Shown: positions 46,007 through 58,544 of the stretch, one piece after another
How the letters are laid out: each line of letters starts with the position of its first letter
Numbering within the stretch: position 1 is the first letter of the stretch
Assembly: GCA_001599295.1 (NCBI GenBank)
Contig: BCGN01000007.1
Span: 74,433 to 138,432 of the forward strand
DNA length: 64,000 nt
Source: Sporopachydermia quercuum
Lineage: Eukaryota
Direction of reading: 5' to 3'
Notes under the pieces: model-generated
Seen by the model: only the letters and a program-made list of their open reading frames with translations
Told to the model about the DNA's origin: nothing
Database searches by the model: none
Made by a program: the position numbers and the translations under genes

Positions 46007-47863
46007 TGTAAACGGGGTTATATTTATAGCTGAAGGTTTTCAAAGAAACGGCTCATTATGTATAACTGAAGTATACCCAATAACTGCCGAATATAGAGTG
46101 AGCCTATGATAGTTTGATATATGCACTTCTCTGGTGAGTGAGTAGATAACTATAGATCAACCAATAGTTTAAAAAAGAAAACCAGTAGAATAGATAGAAT
46201 TGGTAAACTAAGAAGGAAATATAAATCAGCCAAAAAAGAANCAATGAATCGTAAATTATTCCATACAATAGTACGTTATTGATCACAAGTAGACCGCGTA
46301 CGAAGGACACCTTATTAGATGAAGACAGCTTGAATCTTCAGGATAGTTATTTTCTAATGAGAGTTTCCTGAACAAAATTCTAATACCGTTTTGCTAGTAT
46401 TCTAATTTCTATTTCACCAACTTCTTTATTCCTATCATACAATAAGCCTTGTAACTTTTCTTATATAAGATATCATCAGCTACCAAGCATTACAGAATAA
46501 CATCCTTTTTGTACCTGTTTGATCTCTTACTCCACACATCACTTGCTTCTAAGTTAACACAACCCAATTTCAAATAAAGCCGTATGACCCGTTTCAAAAC
46601 TTGTAAATATATAAATTCAAATGCTCGTATTTATGCATTCAAGTATATATTCCGTAGAGATAACTGGCAAAAAGTACCTTAGAAGAATAATGAAATAGCA
46701 GGTAAGAGAGAGAAAAAAGCATGCTATGAAGTAACCTTCGTAGAATACAAAAGAAGAAGCGATGATATGATTAGAAGGGTAAATATTACTTTAACTAGTA
46801 ATTTCTGGGGACGGTTTTACCTATTGGGGAACAGATTACTTGATCTGGTAAGGCATGTGGATTTGCTTGAGAAGAGATGAAAATGGGGGGTATTAGGGAG
46901 ATGGGTTGCGTCTATTCTGAGATAGACAGAAAGCTAAGAATTGGATCTGAAGTGGGGTATATATTTCATGGTCGAGTGAATTGGGACTTGCAGAGTTTTT
47001 TAGTAGATTTTTTATAGATTTTGATAGTTGAGTAAGTTCTTCACCGTGTTTGCTATAGGAAAAAGACGATAAGATTGAGTGCAAGATCAAACCGGAAATA
47101 GTACAGCTATTACTATGTTGACATCATCACAGACGCAGTGCAAGGTCCAGGAGTATATGCTATTAACTACCTTCTATTAATTTTTTGAACATACAACTAG
47201 ACAGATTGAGATCCCTTAACTTCTGGCTTTACTACTGCTTTCATTATACTGAAATGTGTTGCAGAGTTGAAGTAAATCAAGAGATCATTGCATTCTCATA
47301 TTTCCATATTATCTCATCGTCTCCGAAATTCACAGTAATCTCACTATTATCTTTTCCGAAATATTTTCTTTTATTATGGTCAAATAGGTGATAAGCGCAA
47401 TTGTATAGCCAAAAGTTCAAGTGACCCAAATTACTTTGATCTAGACTGCGGGATAGTAGTAACGCAGAACAGCAGTTCTATTGTCAAAACATTAGAAGAC
47501 AAAAAATAAAGAAAAGATCCTTCATACTTATCTGGAGAATTAATTTCTAACTAAAATATCAGTAGATATCATTCAATTATAATACCCTGATTCTGCCAAT
47601 TCTGTTGCTACTATATATTAGTTATTTATTTCAAATTACATCTGCAATACTGATCTTAAAAATCATCAGTAATAATCCAATTTCCGTTGTGCTACGTATA
47701 ATTAACACTTTCTATGTATAAATAAACTGAAAAAGAGTGCCACTTGGCTGTAACTATTAGCAGCTTCGACATATAATTCGTCAGTAGTCTCATCCATTAA
47801 CCATCCGAGCTTCTAAGTCTCAAATGCTATATCACTATACCCTGGCCAAATATCTTTATATAT

Positions 47864-50800
47864 TTAGTATCCTTCATCATCATTCCCAGTATTTCTTTGA
47901 TATACCCGCGATGTTTTGAATGAAAATGCTTGACGACATAATGGACAACTGTTTGAACCTGAACTCTTAAACCATTTCAACAAACAACTAGCATGGAACT
48001 TGTTCTTACACGTAGGACATGACTTCTTAGGTAATGATCTATCTTGAGCAATGATTGCATAACAAATAGCACATTCTTCAACACCAGAAACGTGTAAGGA
48101 TACATTCTTCTTGAATAAAGCTATTGCTTCAATTATATTTCCTCCAGGTGATGATACTAACCTCCTAGATGCCAGAATCCAAGCTTTCCATTGATTTTCA
48201 GTAACTCCTACTTTCTGTTTACCTTCAATTGAGAGACTCTTCAATGGATACGTCGCTGGCAGTTTAACAACCATCTCTAACTTCTGTTCATCAACAAGAT
48301 AAACGGCTTTCACTTCCCGCGCTGATTTCAACACTTTAACATCAAATTCTTCATCACTTGTATTAGCAGCAAAAAATGAGCTTACTTTATCAAGTTCTTC
48401 ATTGATAAGCAAAGGGCTAATATATGTTTCAGTGAACTTATCAACAATAGAAGAAAATTGTTTATCTCTGATATCACTATACCATTCAGAAGCAACGGCT
48501 CCACAAGTTTTCAGCACAAGGAAGTAAACATCTAATAGTAAAACCCTTATTTCATCTTCTGGCTCGTAGATAAAAACATGGCTAATACTAGGACTGCTAA
48601 TATTACTATTACCATTTCCATTGCTGCTGATATCACTATAAGCTAATAAGATTTTAAGATCATCTTTGCTGAATGTTTTCAACGTCTTCATAAGTACTTT
48701 ATCATAGCTAAAGAAATACTCCAGAAACATAGGTATATAGTTGGCTTTTACCAGGAAGTTTACATAATGCTTCTGAAGGTTAAACGAAGCATTACGGAAA
48801 TGATCAAGAACTAGAATCCATGAATAAAGGAAAGAATATGTTGAGGAGCTTGGAACAAGAGCTGGAGTTAATGAGCTATCAGCTGGATGAGATAATAGTT
48901 GAAGTAGTTGATTAGGTAAGGCAAATTTGGAGTCTCCCCCAGAGCTTGATTGGCTATTAACATTGCTGTTGTTATTGTTATTGTTATGATCACCGGATTC
49001 TGACGCAAGTTCTTCTTGTTCCTCTGAATCAACATTAATTCGAATATCAATATCACTATTACTATCATTATCATCATCACCCTGTTCCTCTTGATTTTCC
49101 ACCTCCTTTCTATCTAATTCGTAAGCAATAACCCTGTCACTTTCCTCTTTTGAAATCTTGACTCTCAGCAACCAAAATCCTATTCTAACAAGTTTGAGGT
49201 TATCTGACAGGAAAAAATTGTATATAACAGTATCAGACAGTTTGTCGATGCTTCTAATATTTAGTTTCCTCAATAGACTAGTTACCAGGTCTATTAATAT
49301 ATTGATAGATGATTGCTGAATACTGTTTGCTGGCTTAGTGCTTAGAGAAGGTGTAATAGCTACAATGGATAAAATGCCATTCTCGAATTCTGTTTGCTGC
49401 GATTTCCACTCTTCGTCTATTGCCGCAAACCATGGTTCATATGTATGGGAAAGTAGGAATATATATAGCCTTANTGCCATACATTGCATTATCAATATTG
49501 TGTTAGCATCGCTAGACTCATNTGTATCTTCAAGCAAAGCTAATGCATCCTCAAGTAGAGATAATGCAATAGAAGCATCGAGCTGCTGATGCTGTTGCTT
49601 AGAGAATACCTCGATAATGATTTCCGTTATTTCAATCCTACCGAACCATGATTCTTCATCATATGCATCTTCTCCTTGAAGAGCCCGTGATATCTGGAGC
49701 AATAACCGCCTTACGCGTTCTTCTTCTAAAGGCAGCGAGATTTCTTTGGTGGCGGCCCTAGCGAGAATCCATGAGGATAATCCTGTTGTTAATGATCCGG
49801 TTTCGCTGAAGAGCAAGTTTCTCAGTATATTCAATGATGGAAATCTCAGCTCACCAAATGCCCTGATCATAGCCAATACTACGAAGGGTCTTTCATTAAG
49901 AAGCTTACGCCACACTCTGATATCAAAATCCAGACTNATTTCTGATGCCGGTGTGTTTCTTATCTTTTGTTGTAACACCCTGGTGATAGCACGACCCAGA
50001 TAATAGGAAATAGGTGTAGTTCCTTCAGCTAGGTCTTCTGCCTGAGAATAATTGATTACGTCATTGATGGATATTGAAGATGAGGATTGAATATCGGTTT
50101 TGTGGTGCTCGGCTATCGAAATACCAGAAAGGGAATAAGTTACGAGATCATTCGGCAAATGCTCGTCTATAATCTCGTAACCGATAGCCGAGGTCCATAG
50201 ATCGGCTGCGCCTCCAACGAGGACATATTTGAATACATTGAGGCTCAGTTTTGCTGGATTCAGTTCCAAATCGGGCAATGCGATCATAAATTCTCCAAAA
50301 TTGATGAAAAGACGTTGAACTATATCAACAGCATAAGCCACATTTCGGATAAATAGGTCATCATGGTAGGAAACGGTATGATGAGATTTAATCCACATAT
50401 ACTGTGCCACCTCAAGGGATATTTCTGCTTCCTTATATAGCACGGCTTCAACAGTTTTGCCTAATTTAGCAGCCAATAAATCACTAGATGTTAAAATGTG
50501 GCTTATCTTATCAGGAAGATTCATATTAAGGAAACTGTGGCTTAGCTGATCATTACTATATTCGGATAATAGAAATTCAGTCAAAACCTCCTTAGCAACC
50601 GGGTTATTCAAATCATACACTGACCAGTCGCTATTAACTAGAAAAGGGAGAATTTGCTCTTTGGAAATCAATTTGGATGATATCATCGTTTTCTGAGACT
50701 TTTGCGGAAGTTTAGAGAATGTAGTCAAAATGGAATCAACTAAACCTGCGAAATATCCTAGTTTTTTTGCCAATTCTTCCGATTCTCCTGAGATTTCTGA

Positions 50801-52453
50801 TATCTTCGGCAACTGCTCAAACAAATGAACTGAAGCTTCCGAATCAAGCTTAGGAATCATCTTTTCGATGAAAGCTTCACTCCTATCAATCCTTAGTAAT
50901 TCATCTAACAGTTTACTATCAACAGAATCAATTCTTTCAATAACCTTCACAACAGGAACAACGACATCAGCCAAGTCCCCTTTTCTGATACTTTCACCGA
51001 TTAGTCCTAAGATAGCTACTTGAGGGCTACCAATGTCTTCTTGCTCGATAAGCAATTTAATGATTCTTTCTAGCTCTTCTTTTCCTTTCAGCGCAATCAA
51101 CAACTGAGCAATTCCTTTAGATATCAGAGGCTCTTTCTCAAATAGTTCAACCAAAAATGAAATATCAGTAATCCCTATTGCATGTATGGCAGCAGCAATC
51201 TCATTCACTACAGTACTGTTAGGTCTTCTCAATAGTACTATGATTATGGGAATCAGTTCATTCATTGATGCCACAGATTTAAATGGACCTTTTAGTAGGC
51301 TTAGTAGTGTAACATTAGAGACTTCAATCTCCTCCCTAGATCTCACTGCTGAAACTGTTGTTTGAATAGAATGAAGTAATTGCTTGTTAATTAAACCTTC
51401 TGGCAAGGAATTGATCAAGAGATTCAAGCTTTTCCAATACTGTTCAGCACGTCCTGATGATCCATTTGAAATCAATTGCGTCAATACATCAATACGTTTA
51501 GCAGCCCTCTTAGAGCTTTTCCACGCTTGAGGTAACACTCGTAGAGTATCAAATAACGTAATAACAGGAGGGTTCTTCATTTTGACGATATATTTGAACA
51601 ATCCATGCAATATCTTATCGATTTCAAGATTAGGTTCAAAATTTGACGTTAGTAGAAGATTTATTGTCAACATTAACGACCGAATCACATTCGTATCTTG
51701 ATCCTTGAATAATGGCCATATTGGCGAGTCTTCAGCTTGCGGGAACTTATCAACATTGCCAAATAAAAACTCGTAATACATAGAGCATCCAGAAAACTTA
51801 CCATCAGGCGAGTCATTGCTGACAATAAGATCGCCAATAATTCCTAATGCTCCTGTATATAATCTAGCACATTTAGATGCCCTATCATGAATGCTCTCGA
51901 TTCTCTCGTCAGACAACGAAAGCGGTGTTTCTAATAATGCTGATATCACGAATGGTAGTAATTTTCTCTGAAACACTTTGAAAAGAGCCTTTTGTTTCTC
52001 TAGGTTTGGAAAACATGTTGTTATACTCGCTGTTGTTGTTTTAACCACTAGTCTATCAGTATCATGGGTACCTAATAACCATGGGCCAATTGTATATACT
52101 AAGTAAGGAGAATATTCTTTACCCAATTTCGAGCAGAATACACCTTGAACTTCATGAGACAATAATCTCACATTCCTTGAATTATCAATAGATGATTTCG
52201 GATAGATCTGAGCCCAGCACTCTAAAACACCAGCATCAGCTAAAAGGTCCTGCTTACTGATGGATTCTGATGATACTAGACTTTTGAACTTCTCTAGTGC
52301 CTTTTCTTTCGTAGTCGCATCACGTTTTAATAGAGATTTGTAGAGAATTCTCAGCTCAGGGTTTATGATAGATGATGGATCAGGAACTCCCGTAATATAA
52401 GATAAAGATATTTCATAAACTGGTGAAGACCAGTCAGTAAGCTCAGGGTTCAT
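47864..52453 (-). CDS. RKR1: Listerin/Ltn1 RING E3 ubiquitin ligase (ribosome quality control)
   Basis: N-terminal KSLLKRDATTKEKAL and YPKSSIDNSRNVR, an RWD-like LPATYPL, and a C-terminal RING (ECAICY...CPTCKNKFHASCLLKWFKSS...CPLCR). Confidence 0.95.
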   Translation of the reverse strand: MNPELTDWSSPVYEISLSYITGVPDPSSIINPELRILYKSLLKRDATTKEKALEKFKSLVSSESISKQDLLADAGVLECWAQIYPKSSIDNSRNVRLLSHEVQGVFCSKLGKEYSPYLVYTIGPWLLGTHDTDRLVVKTTTASITTCFPNLEKQKALFKVFQRKLLPFVISALLETPLSLSDERIESIHDRASKCARLYTGALGIIGDLIVSNDSPDGKFSGCSMYYEFLFGNVDKFPQAEDSPIWPLFKDQDTNVIRSLMLTINLLLTSNFEPNLEIDKILHGLFKYIVKMKNPPVITLFDTLRVLPQAWKSSKRAAKRIDVLTQLISNGSSGRAEQYWKSLNLLINSLPEGLINKQLLHSIQTTVSAVRSREEIEVSNVTLLSLLKGPFKSVASMNELIPIIIVLLRRPNSTVVNEIAAAIHAIGITDISFLVELFEKEPLISKGIAQLLIALKGKEELERIIKLLIEQEDIGSPQVAILGLIGESIRKGDLADVVVPVVKVIERIDSVDSKLLDELLRIDRSEAFIEKMIPKLDSEASVHLFEQLPKISEISGESEELAKKLGYFAGLVDSILTTFSKLPQKSQKTMISSKLISKEQILPFLVNSDWSVYDLNNPVAKEVLTEFLLSEYSNDQLSHSFLNMNLPDKISHILTSSDLLAAKLGKTVEAVLYKEAEISLEVAQYMWIKSHHTVSYHDDLFIRNVAYAVDIVQRLFINFGEFMIALPDLELNPAKLSLNVFKYVLVGGAADLWTSAIGYEIIDEHLPNDLVTYSLSGISIAEHHKTDIQSSSSISINDVINYSQAEDLAEGTTPISYYLGRAITRVLQQKIRNTPASEXSLDFDIRVWRKLLNERPFVVLAMIRAFGELRFPSLNILRNLLFSETGSLTTGLSSWILARAATKEISLPLEEERVRRLLLQISRALQGEDAYDEESWFGRIEITEIIIEVFSKQQHQQLDASIALSLLEDALALLEDTXESSDANTILIMQCMAXRLYIFLLSHTYEPWFAAIDEEWKSQQTEFENGILSIVAITPSLSTKPANSIQQSSINILIDLVTSLLRKLNIRSIDKLSDTVIYNFFLSDNLKLVRIGFWLLRVKISKEESDRVIAYELDRKEVENQEEQGDDDNDSNSDIDIRINVDSEEQEELASESGDHNNNNNNSNVNSQSSSGGDSKFALPNQLLQLLSHPADSSLTPALVPSSSTYSFLYSWILVLDHFRNASFNLQKHYVNFLVKANYIPMFLEYFFSYDKVLMKTLKTFSKDDLKILLAYSDISSNGNGNSNISSPSISHVFIYEPEDEIRVLLLDVYFLVLKTCGAVASEWYSDIRDKQFSSIVDKFTETYISPLLINEELDKVSSFFAANTSDEEFDVKVLKSAREVKAVYLVDEQKLEMVVKLPATYPLKSLSIEGKQKVGVTENQWKAWILASRRLVSSPGGNIIEAIALFKKNVSLHVSGVEECAICYAIIAQDRSLPKKSCPTCKNKFHASCLLKWFKSSGSNSCPLCRQAFSFKTSRVYQRNTGNDDEGY

Positions 52454-54237
52454 GGTTTGCAGGACCTGTAATGAGGCTTATGATGATTGCTTGAAATTAA
52501 TGGTGTAAAGTGAAATGAGTAGATATTTGTAGTTTCCTTAAAAGCACAAGCATTTCTTTATCAACTAAAAGCCTTGAAATGATGCATATAGCAGTGAAAA
52601 TATGTTGCTTATATACAATAGAGAATATTGAACGGTTGAAAGTTATTTTGATAGGACAAAAGTGAAATATTTCTTTCCTTATTAGAGTTTATGTTAGTGC
52701 CATTTTAGGCAATGATTTGGAAACTTTTCGGAGATTATTATAAAGAACATCGGATATTATATAGTCACGTCATATGAATGGAAGCACTTAGATGGTAATG
52801 ATATGGGAGAGAATGATGGGAGTTAACCAACAGATAGTCTTATTGTGTTGATATGATTTGTATAGGTACTAGTAAGTTTTTTTGAAGTAATTAATTTGCA
52901 ATTGTTGTAGTTCAAGTTGTTATTGTTAGTAAAACCAACAGTTGTATGTTCCCAGGAACAATAAAGAAAGTCGAAGGACAGCTTTCCAATGGATTTCAGA
53001 GCCTTCTACCATAACTTATTTCTTTCTGACATCAGGGTGATAGACTATATTATCATCATTCTAATTTTTTAGTGAGTTCTCTTAAATTATTCCATTGCCC
53101 TTCCACTTGCATATCCACTTGCATACAACAATTCAAATAGGTTCTAAGCCATTCCATTCCGCTTTACACATTTTTTACAATTAAGTTTAACGGTTATGCA
53201 TGTTCCTGCATAGACCCGCGTCCAAATTACTTAAACAAGAAATAAACCAAAAATTCTCGAAGATTCCTGGAATTCATTTACATATGCAACAACAGCAGGT
53301 TATCTGGTATATTTCTGTTCATCAATATTTTCATGCAGAAATGGTGAATCGAAGAAAGAAAAAAAAAAAGGTTAAAAACAGCATTTAAGGAAGCGAGAAA
53401 TTCAAAATCATGTTATCAAATAAGCGATAGAAGTATCTTTCTTTATNCTCAAGCACTCAGTAATCAGCCATAGTTCTCTAGGTCATCCACCTCTTTGCCC
53501 GATTGTCGACTGCCCATAAGTTATGGTTCCAATTACTGGAAAGAGATATTGCAGGATGAGGAGGTCTAAGTGGAGAGTGGGCTTCTGATATATGGTTAAG
53601 AATGCTAAATAGAAGCCTCTTGTAACGGAAAAAACAAAGTTAAAAAGATATGCTTCCATTAGATCTCTGGCACTTCAAATTATTGCTAAATGTATCTATT
53701 GTGTATTATAAAAATACACAGGTGCTGATCATCTCAACTTTTCATTATTAAGTCTCGATCGAGATATATATATGGATCTAACACTATTTAGACCCTTAAA
53801 GTAGGTCTTATCCGTATTCGCAAGGATCTAAATATGATGTAATCGAATAATGTATACTTAAAGTTCACCCTGACTAGTTTGCCGCATTGAACCCGCATAA
53901 TCTCATCGTTAACTCCAATAATCCGCAGTTCACTTCACCCTTACATATTACATCAAATACTCTCAATACCATACTATTCTTCTATCTTTAACTAAGGGTA
54001 TTAAAAATGTATTAGAGCAAACGTTCTGATAGATAATCAACTAGAACTCATACTATTTCCTCTTCAAATACTTCCCCCTTTTGCATTACCTCTCCCTTCC
54101 CCCTAGAGTACCTCACGTCTCCTTTCACTAACTTTCTTATCTAATAGTAGTATTAACCCAGAAAGGAAAATCCACTATTGACCCGAACAGGAGGAAAAGA
54201 CCTCGACAGGACCCACAGCAAAAAGTTTTCCTATAGG

Positions 54238-54249
54238 TGAAAATTTTCA
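54238..54249. promoter_or_regulatory. RRPE-like element TGAAAATTTTCA upstream of SPE2
   Basis: Matches the yeast RRPE consensus (TGAAAA[A/T]TTT) about 480 bp upstream of the SPE2 ATG. Confidence 0.4.
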
Positions 54250-54585
54250 TCAAATTGAGATATCTCATAATATACTAGTGGATTGGTTATCCAATTACAA
54301 CCTCAACTATCTACTGTTATAAACAATTAAATGATTAGAAACTAATCATCCAAATCCAATCAAAAAGTATACACCTTTGAACTCTGAGAAAAGCTGTGAT
54401 CAAAGGATTTAATCAAGCAGTAGAGAAAATAACTACTGCTCATATTTGAGAATTACTCGATACCAATCAACCAATAGAGATTGCCCAAGGTAAGAAAGAA
54501 AGAGTAGAAGGAACTCTTTTATCTCTGAACTTGGGATAAATAATTGACCGCTAGGATATATAGAAAGTATATCCGTGTTTTTCTG

Positions 54586-54636
54586 ATGAGTAAAGAACTA
54601 CTTGCTCGAATTTCAAGACCTTCGAAACCTGGATAA
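54586..54636 (+). promoter_or_regulatory. Upstream ORF MSKELLARISRPSKPG* in the SPE2 5' leader
   Basis: ATG at 54586 in weak context (CTG ATG), 16 codons, TAA at 54634-54636. It ends 82 nt before the SPE2 ATG with no intervening ATG. Confidence 0.6.
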
Positions 54637-54718
54637 CATCAGCAATAACTTCTTTAGACGAATAAACTATACCTAGTTGAGTATTAAACTAGGTAACAAT
54701 CACAAGTAGAATAGAAAA

Positions 54719-55885
54719 ATGGTTGCCCCTACTTTTGATGACCATACATCTGGTCAAACACATAATACTTATGTCAATCAGTCTTTAGCAGTATCGCTGG
54801 ACTCAACCAATGCTTTCGAAGGACCTGAAAAATTATTGGAGATTTGGTTTGCCCCTACAGAGAAGACATTACCATCTTCAGTACGAAACAACGGACTTCG
54901 AGCCATTCCCAGAGCTCAATGGGAAGAAATGCTCGATATTGTTCAGTGTAAAGTTTTATCGACAACCAGCTGCTCAACTTTTGATTCTTTTTTACTATCT
55001 GAATCATCCATGTTCGTATTTCCTCATAAGTTGATCCTCAAAACATGTGGAACTACTACTACATTAATTGGAATTCCCAAATTATTTTCCATCATCAAAC
55101 AATATGGGTTTCCTGAATATTCAAAGCAAACACTAAGACCTTATCGAGTTTTTTATTCTAGACGAGCATTTATGTTTCCTGATCTTCAAAAACCTCCTCA
55201 TAGAACATGGAATGATGAAGTTAAGTATTTAGATGCTTATTTCACAACTGGTGCTGCTTATTCTATTGGGAACTTGAATTCCAACCATTGGCACCTCTAT
55301 GTCACCGCACCGTCAGAAGATTTTTCTTCTTTTGCTAATGACCAATCTGATGAAACGTTGGAATTGATGATGTCTGATTTATCACCATTAGCTGCTGCCC
55401 AGTTTTCTCATGATCGTTCAATTTCTCATGAAAGCGGNTGTGACTTAGGCACGGTTTTGACCAAATCCACAGGAATTGATAAAATATACCCTGAATCTTT
55501 TGGAATTGATATCGATGCTTTTGCGTTTTCTCCTTGTGGATATTCCTGTAATGCTGTTTTGCCTTCCACAGCTACCGGAGGTCATTACTTCACAATTCAC
55601 ATTACTCCGGAAGAAGGATTCTCTTATGCTTCATTTGAATCCAATATCCTCGGAGCTGAATTTGGTGTTCGTCATCAAGATGTTGTTGGAAATGCATTGG
55701 ATATTATGAAGCCAGGAAGGTTTGCTTGTACTTTGTTTAGAAACAAAGTGGGATCTGGTGATTTCAGCGTTCAATTATCAAAATTGGCCGATAGGTTGGG
55801 CTATAAGAAAGTAGATAAAATTGTGTATGATCTTGATGGATATGAACTTTTGTTTGCAAGTTTTGAAGCTAGAAAGGGTTTGTAA
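54719..55885 (+). CDS. SPE2: S-adenosylmethionine decarboxylase proenzyme
   Basis: [13 protein letters not shown], autocleavage site [25 protein letters not shown] and [16 protein letters not shown] motifs. Confidence 0.97.
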   Translation: MVAPTFDDHTSGQTHNTYVNQSLAVSLDSTNAFEGPEKLLEIWFAPTEKTLPSSVRNNGLRAIPRAQWEEMLDIVQCKVLSTTSCSTFDSFLLSESSMFVFPHKLILKTCGTTTTLIGIPKLFSIIKQYGFPEYSKQTLRPYRVFYSRRAFMFPDLQKPPHRTWNDEVKYLDAYFTTGAAYSIGNLNSNHWHLYVTAPSEDFSSFANDQSDETLELMMSDLSPLAAAQFSHDRSISHESXCDLGTVLTKSTGIDKIYPESFGIDIDAFAFSPCGYSCNAVLPSTATGGHYFTIHITPEEGFSYASFESNILGAEFGVRHQDVVGNALDIMKPGRFACTLFRNKVGSGDFSVQLSKLADRLGYKKVDKIVYDLDGYELLFASFEARKGL

Positions 55886-56607
55886 TGAATGTAATTATAT
55901 TTTTGTTGATGATAATTTGATTGTAGATTTATTGCATAATTTATTGTACTATCGGGTAGAAATTACTAATTGGATTGATAACTGAAACAACTGATCAAAA
56001 ATATATTTGGCACGCTTCAACCTTATATAAGATATCACTATCCTCGTATAGTTGTTCTACGGGCATAGAAATCGCTATGTATATACATATATGTCATTAA
56101 AAATATGCTCTTGTTGATTAAGAGTGAAGTTAAGATACATTTTCATTCATAAAATGTGTCCCCTTTGATAATTTCCTCANTGAAGCTAATTTTCCAGCTA
56201 TTTTGTATAGATCGCGGATAAGCAGATCACTATTTAGATGCGCAGACACTTCATTGACATATTAGACACATTCTAAATGTCTCTAAAGATTTCAACAGTT
56301 AGCCGTCAATTTCTGTTGAAACAATTCATAAAAACTAACTGCACAATCTCATAAGGAACTGCAAAGTTTACTTGAGAAACTCAAAAATTGGCACTATTAT
56401 TCTCTTTGAACAATATCATTCATATCTGACATATTGATGAAGGTATATTCCAATAAGAATAGCTGAAGCTTTCTGTCTCCATATAACATATTCACTTTCC
56501 AGTCTATTATTATTCTCTTTCCCACATACCCTCGTCTTCTTCCATATCATTATGTAACACAGGGCCAACTATCAGTAAACATTCAGTCCCGTACAAAGTT
56601 CACTGTA

Positions 56608-57255
56608 TCATCTTCTGGAATACTGCGTTTTCGCAACAGGTATCGTATTCACACCAGTCGTTATATTCTTCTTTGCTTCCTTCGCAAGCAATCTTTCAGC
56701 TTCATCACCATGCCTTTCGCCTGCTTTACCTTCTTTGAATGAATAGCTGACCCTGCAGGGTTGATTCATTAGATATTGCCCATTCATCGATAAGGCAGCA
56801 TCCGAGCTCTCAAAATCATCAAAACTAACGAATCCATACGACTTGCTTTGATCTCTGACGACTCTAATAATCCTTCCAAATCTCCCAAAAGCTTCTGCCA
56901 GCGAGGCTTCATCAACTAAAGGATCCAGATTGCCAACAAACAAAGTGGCTCCAACATCCAGACTTTTCACTTTATCAGAGTTTGCTTTCTTCATCCTTAG
57001 TGGTTTATGAAACATATATATGTTATTTAACACTGCAATAGCATACGTAGCATCTGATTCGTTTTTATACTCAGCAAACCCATATCCTTTATGTTTATTG
57101 AGAATTTTGTCTTTAGGAAGCGATAAAGAAACGACAGGTCCAGCTTGAATCATTAGTTCATATAACAATCTTTCATCTACTTCATCGTCTAGGTTCGAGA
57201 TGTATACTGTTGCATCCTGATTTCTTTCTGTTTCCTTATTCCTATGAGCATTCAT
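56608..57255 (-). CDS. HSH49: U2 snRNP SF3b subunit 4 (two RRMs)
   Basis: ERNQDATVYISNLD, LYELMIQAGPV, DVGATLFVGNLDPLVDE and GERHGDEAERLLA motifs. ATG at 57255. Confidence 0.94.
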   Translation of the reverse strand: MNAHRNKETERNQDATVYISNLDDEVDERLLYELMIQAGPVVSLSLPKDKILNKHKGYGFAEYKNESDATYAIAVLNNIYMFHKPLRMKKANSDKVKSLDVGATLFVGNLDPLVDEASLAEAFGRFGRIIRVVRDQSKSYGFVSFDDFESSDAALSMNGQYLMNQPCRVSYSFKEGKAGERHGDEAERLLAKEAKKNITTGVNTIPVAKTQYSRR

Positions 57256-58100
57256 TTTGGAGTGTAAAGTGAGCAAGGAGAGTTGTATATATATTTAACA
57301 ATGGTATTAAATAAAGATAAATTACCGGTTGTTTTGACTCTTTATGTACGGCAAAAGCAACTAACTATCTATCACCACTTTTTCACTGGCCAATTCGATT
57401 CTCCCAATCCAGTTTTTATTACTTTTCTACTCATACACTCTAATATTTCTTCCACCTTCAATTGTCGTCACCACTATGTTCTTCCTTCACTCATTATTTC
57501 CATCTACCATTCCCTCTATCCCACTAATAAGAACAGTAACCGCTCTCACAATTTAATTCACACACAATAAAATGCCCAGATACTATAATATAACATCTCA
57601 GCTCGAAACGAAACAAATGAAATGAGATATGATATCCAAATGCCTTAAGAGAGTGTATCCCTTACCCGGACCAATCACAATTTCCGATTTAGGTATACAC
57701 ATTATTTTTTTCCATACACAAACATTTTTTATACTACAGGAAATCTTTTGTGGTATATAAAAGATGCACTTCGCATATAATCCTTCTTTCTTTACTATTA
57801 TAATGATGGGGACCAGTATTGTAGAAAGAAGTATTCTCCTTCTTTCTCTTTTTCTCTCCATTATACCTAATTTCCAAGAAAATAACGTTTTGTTGTCATC
57901 TACACGGACAGTTGAGAATAACTTAGTTATTCTGATTTTCACTACAGCAGTCAGTGGTTGGGAAATGATGGAGAGAAAGCAAGCCCGATTAATCACTAAC
58001 GCCAGGAAAATTATTTACTTGTGCATTAGTTTCATGCCCGGGATACATATTTAGAGAATAGAAGGTGTATATAGATGTGTAAACGAGGATCATTGGTACG

Positions 58101-58154
58101 AGAAGAGCAAGAGAAGAAATAAGACGGAGAAGAGCAAGAGAAGAAATAAGACGG
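58101..58154 (+). repeat. Perfect 27-bp tandem duplication
   Basis: AGAAGAGCAAGAGAAGAAATAAGACGG at 58101-58127 and again at 58128-58154. Confidence 0.9.
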
Positions 58155-58389
58155 AGAATAGTGTAGAACACTATCTACAATGAGCATTGAGCATTCTATA
58201 ATGAATAGATCGTACAGTATTTATGATCCACGTCAACATAGAGAAAGGAGGCAGAAGCGTAGCCTTCTAAAGTTTTAACTTAGAGTATTGTCCAATATTA
58301 ATGCAATACAGAAGCACAAAGTACTATGACATAACAGTAGTGAAAACAATATTGTAGGAATTGTGAAAGTGGGAACACTGGAACCAACG

Positions 58390-58444
58390 AATGCTAATGC
58401 TAATGCTAATGCTAATGCTAATGCCTAACCCTAATCCTAATCCT
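58390..58444 (+). repeat. Hexanucleotide microsatellite (AATGCT)n grading into CCTAA(C/T) units
   Basis: About 6 copies of AATGCT followed by CCTAACCCTAATCCTAATCCT, downstream of the MGA2 stop codon. Confidence 0.85.
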
Positions 58445-58544
58445 CACCAACAATAAAACAACTACATCTAGATAAACACAATTAAAAATGATAAAAACAA
58501 TCATTCATTCAATAATATTACCGTATACAAACGACACATTTCTC

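Noticed and set aside
57283..58171. Several 60-132-aa ORFs between HSH49 and MGA2
   Set aside because: Mutually overlapping, several with non-ATG starts, no homology cues; one is produced by the 27-bp tandem repeat.
58424..58444. CCTAACCCTAA telomere-like sequence
   Set aside because: Fewer than two perfect units and continuous with a microsatellite, so not an interstitial telomere.
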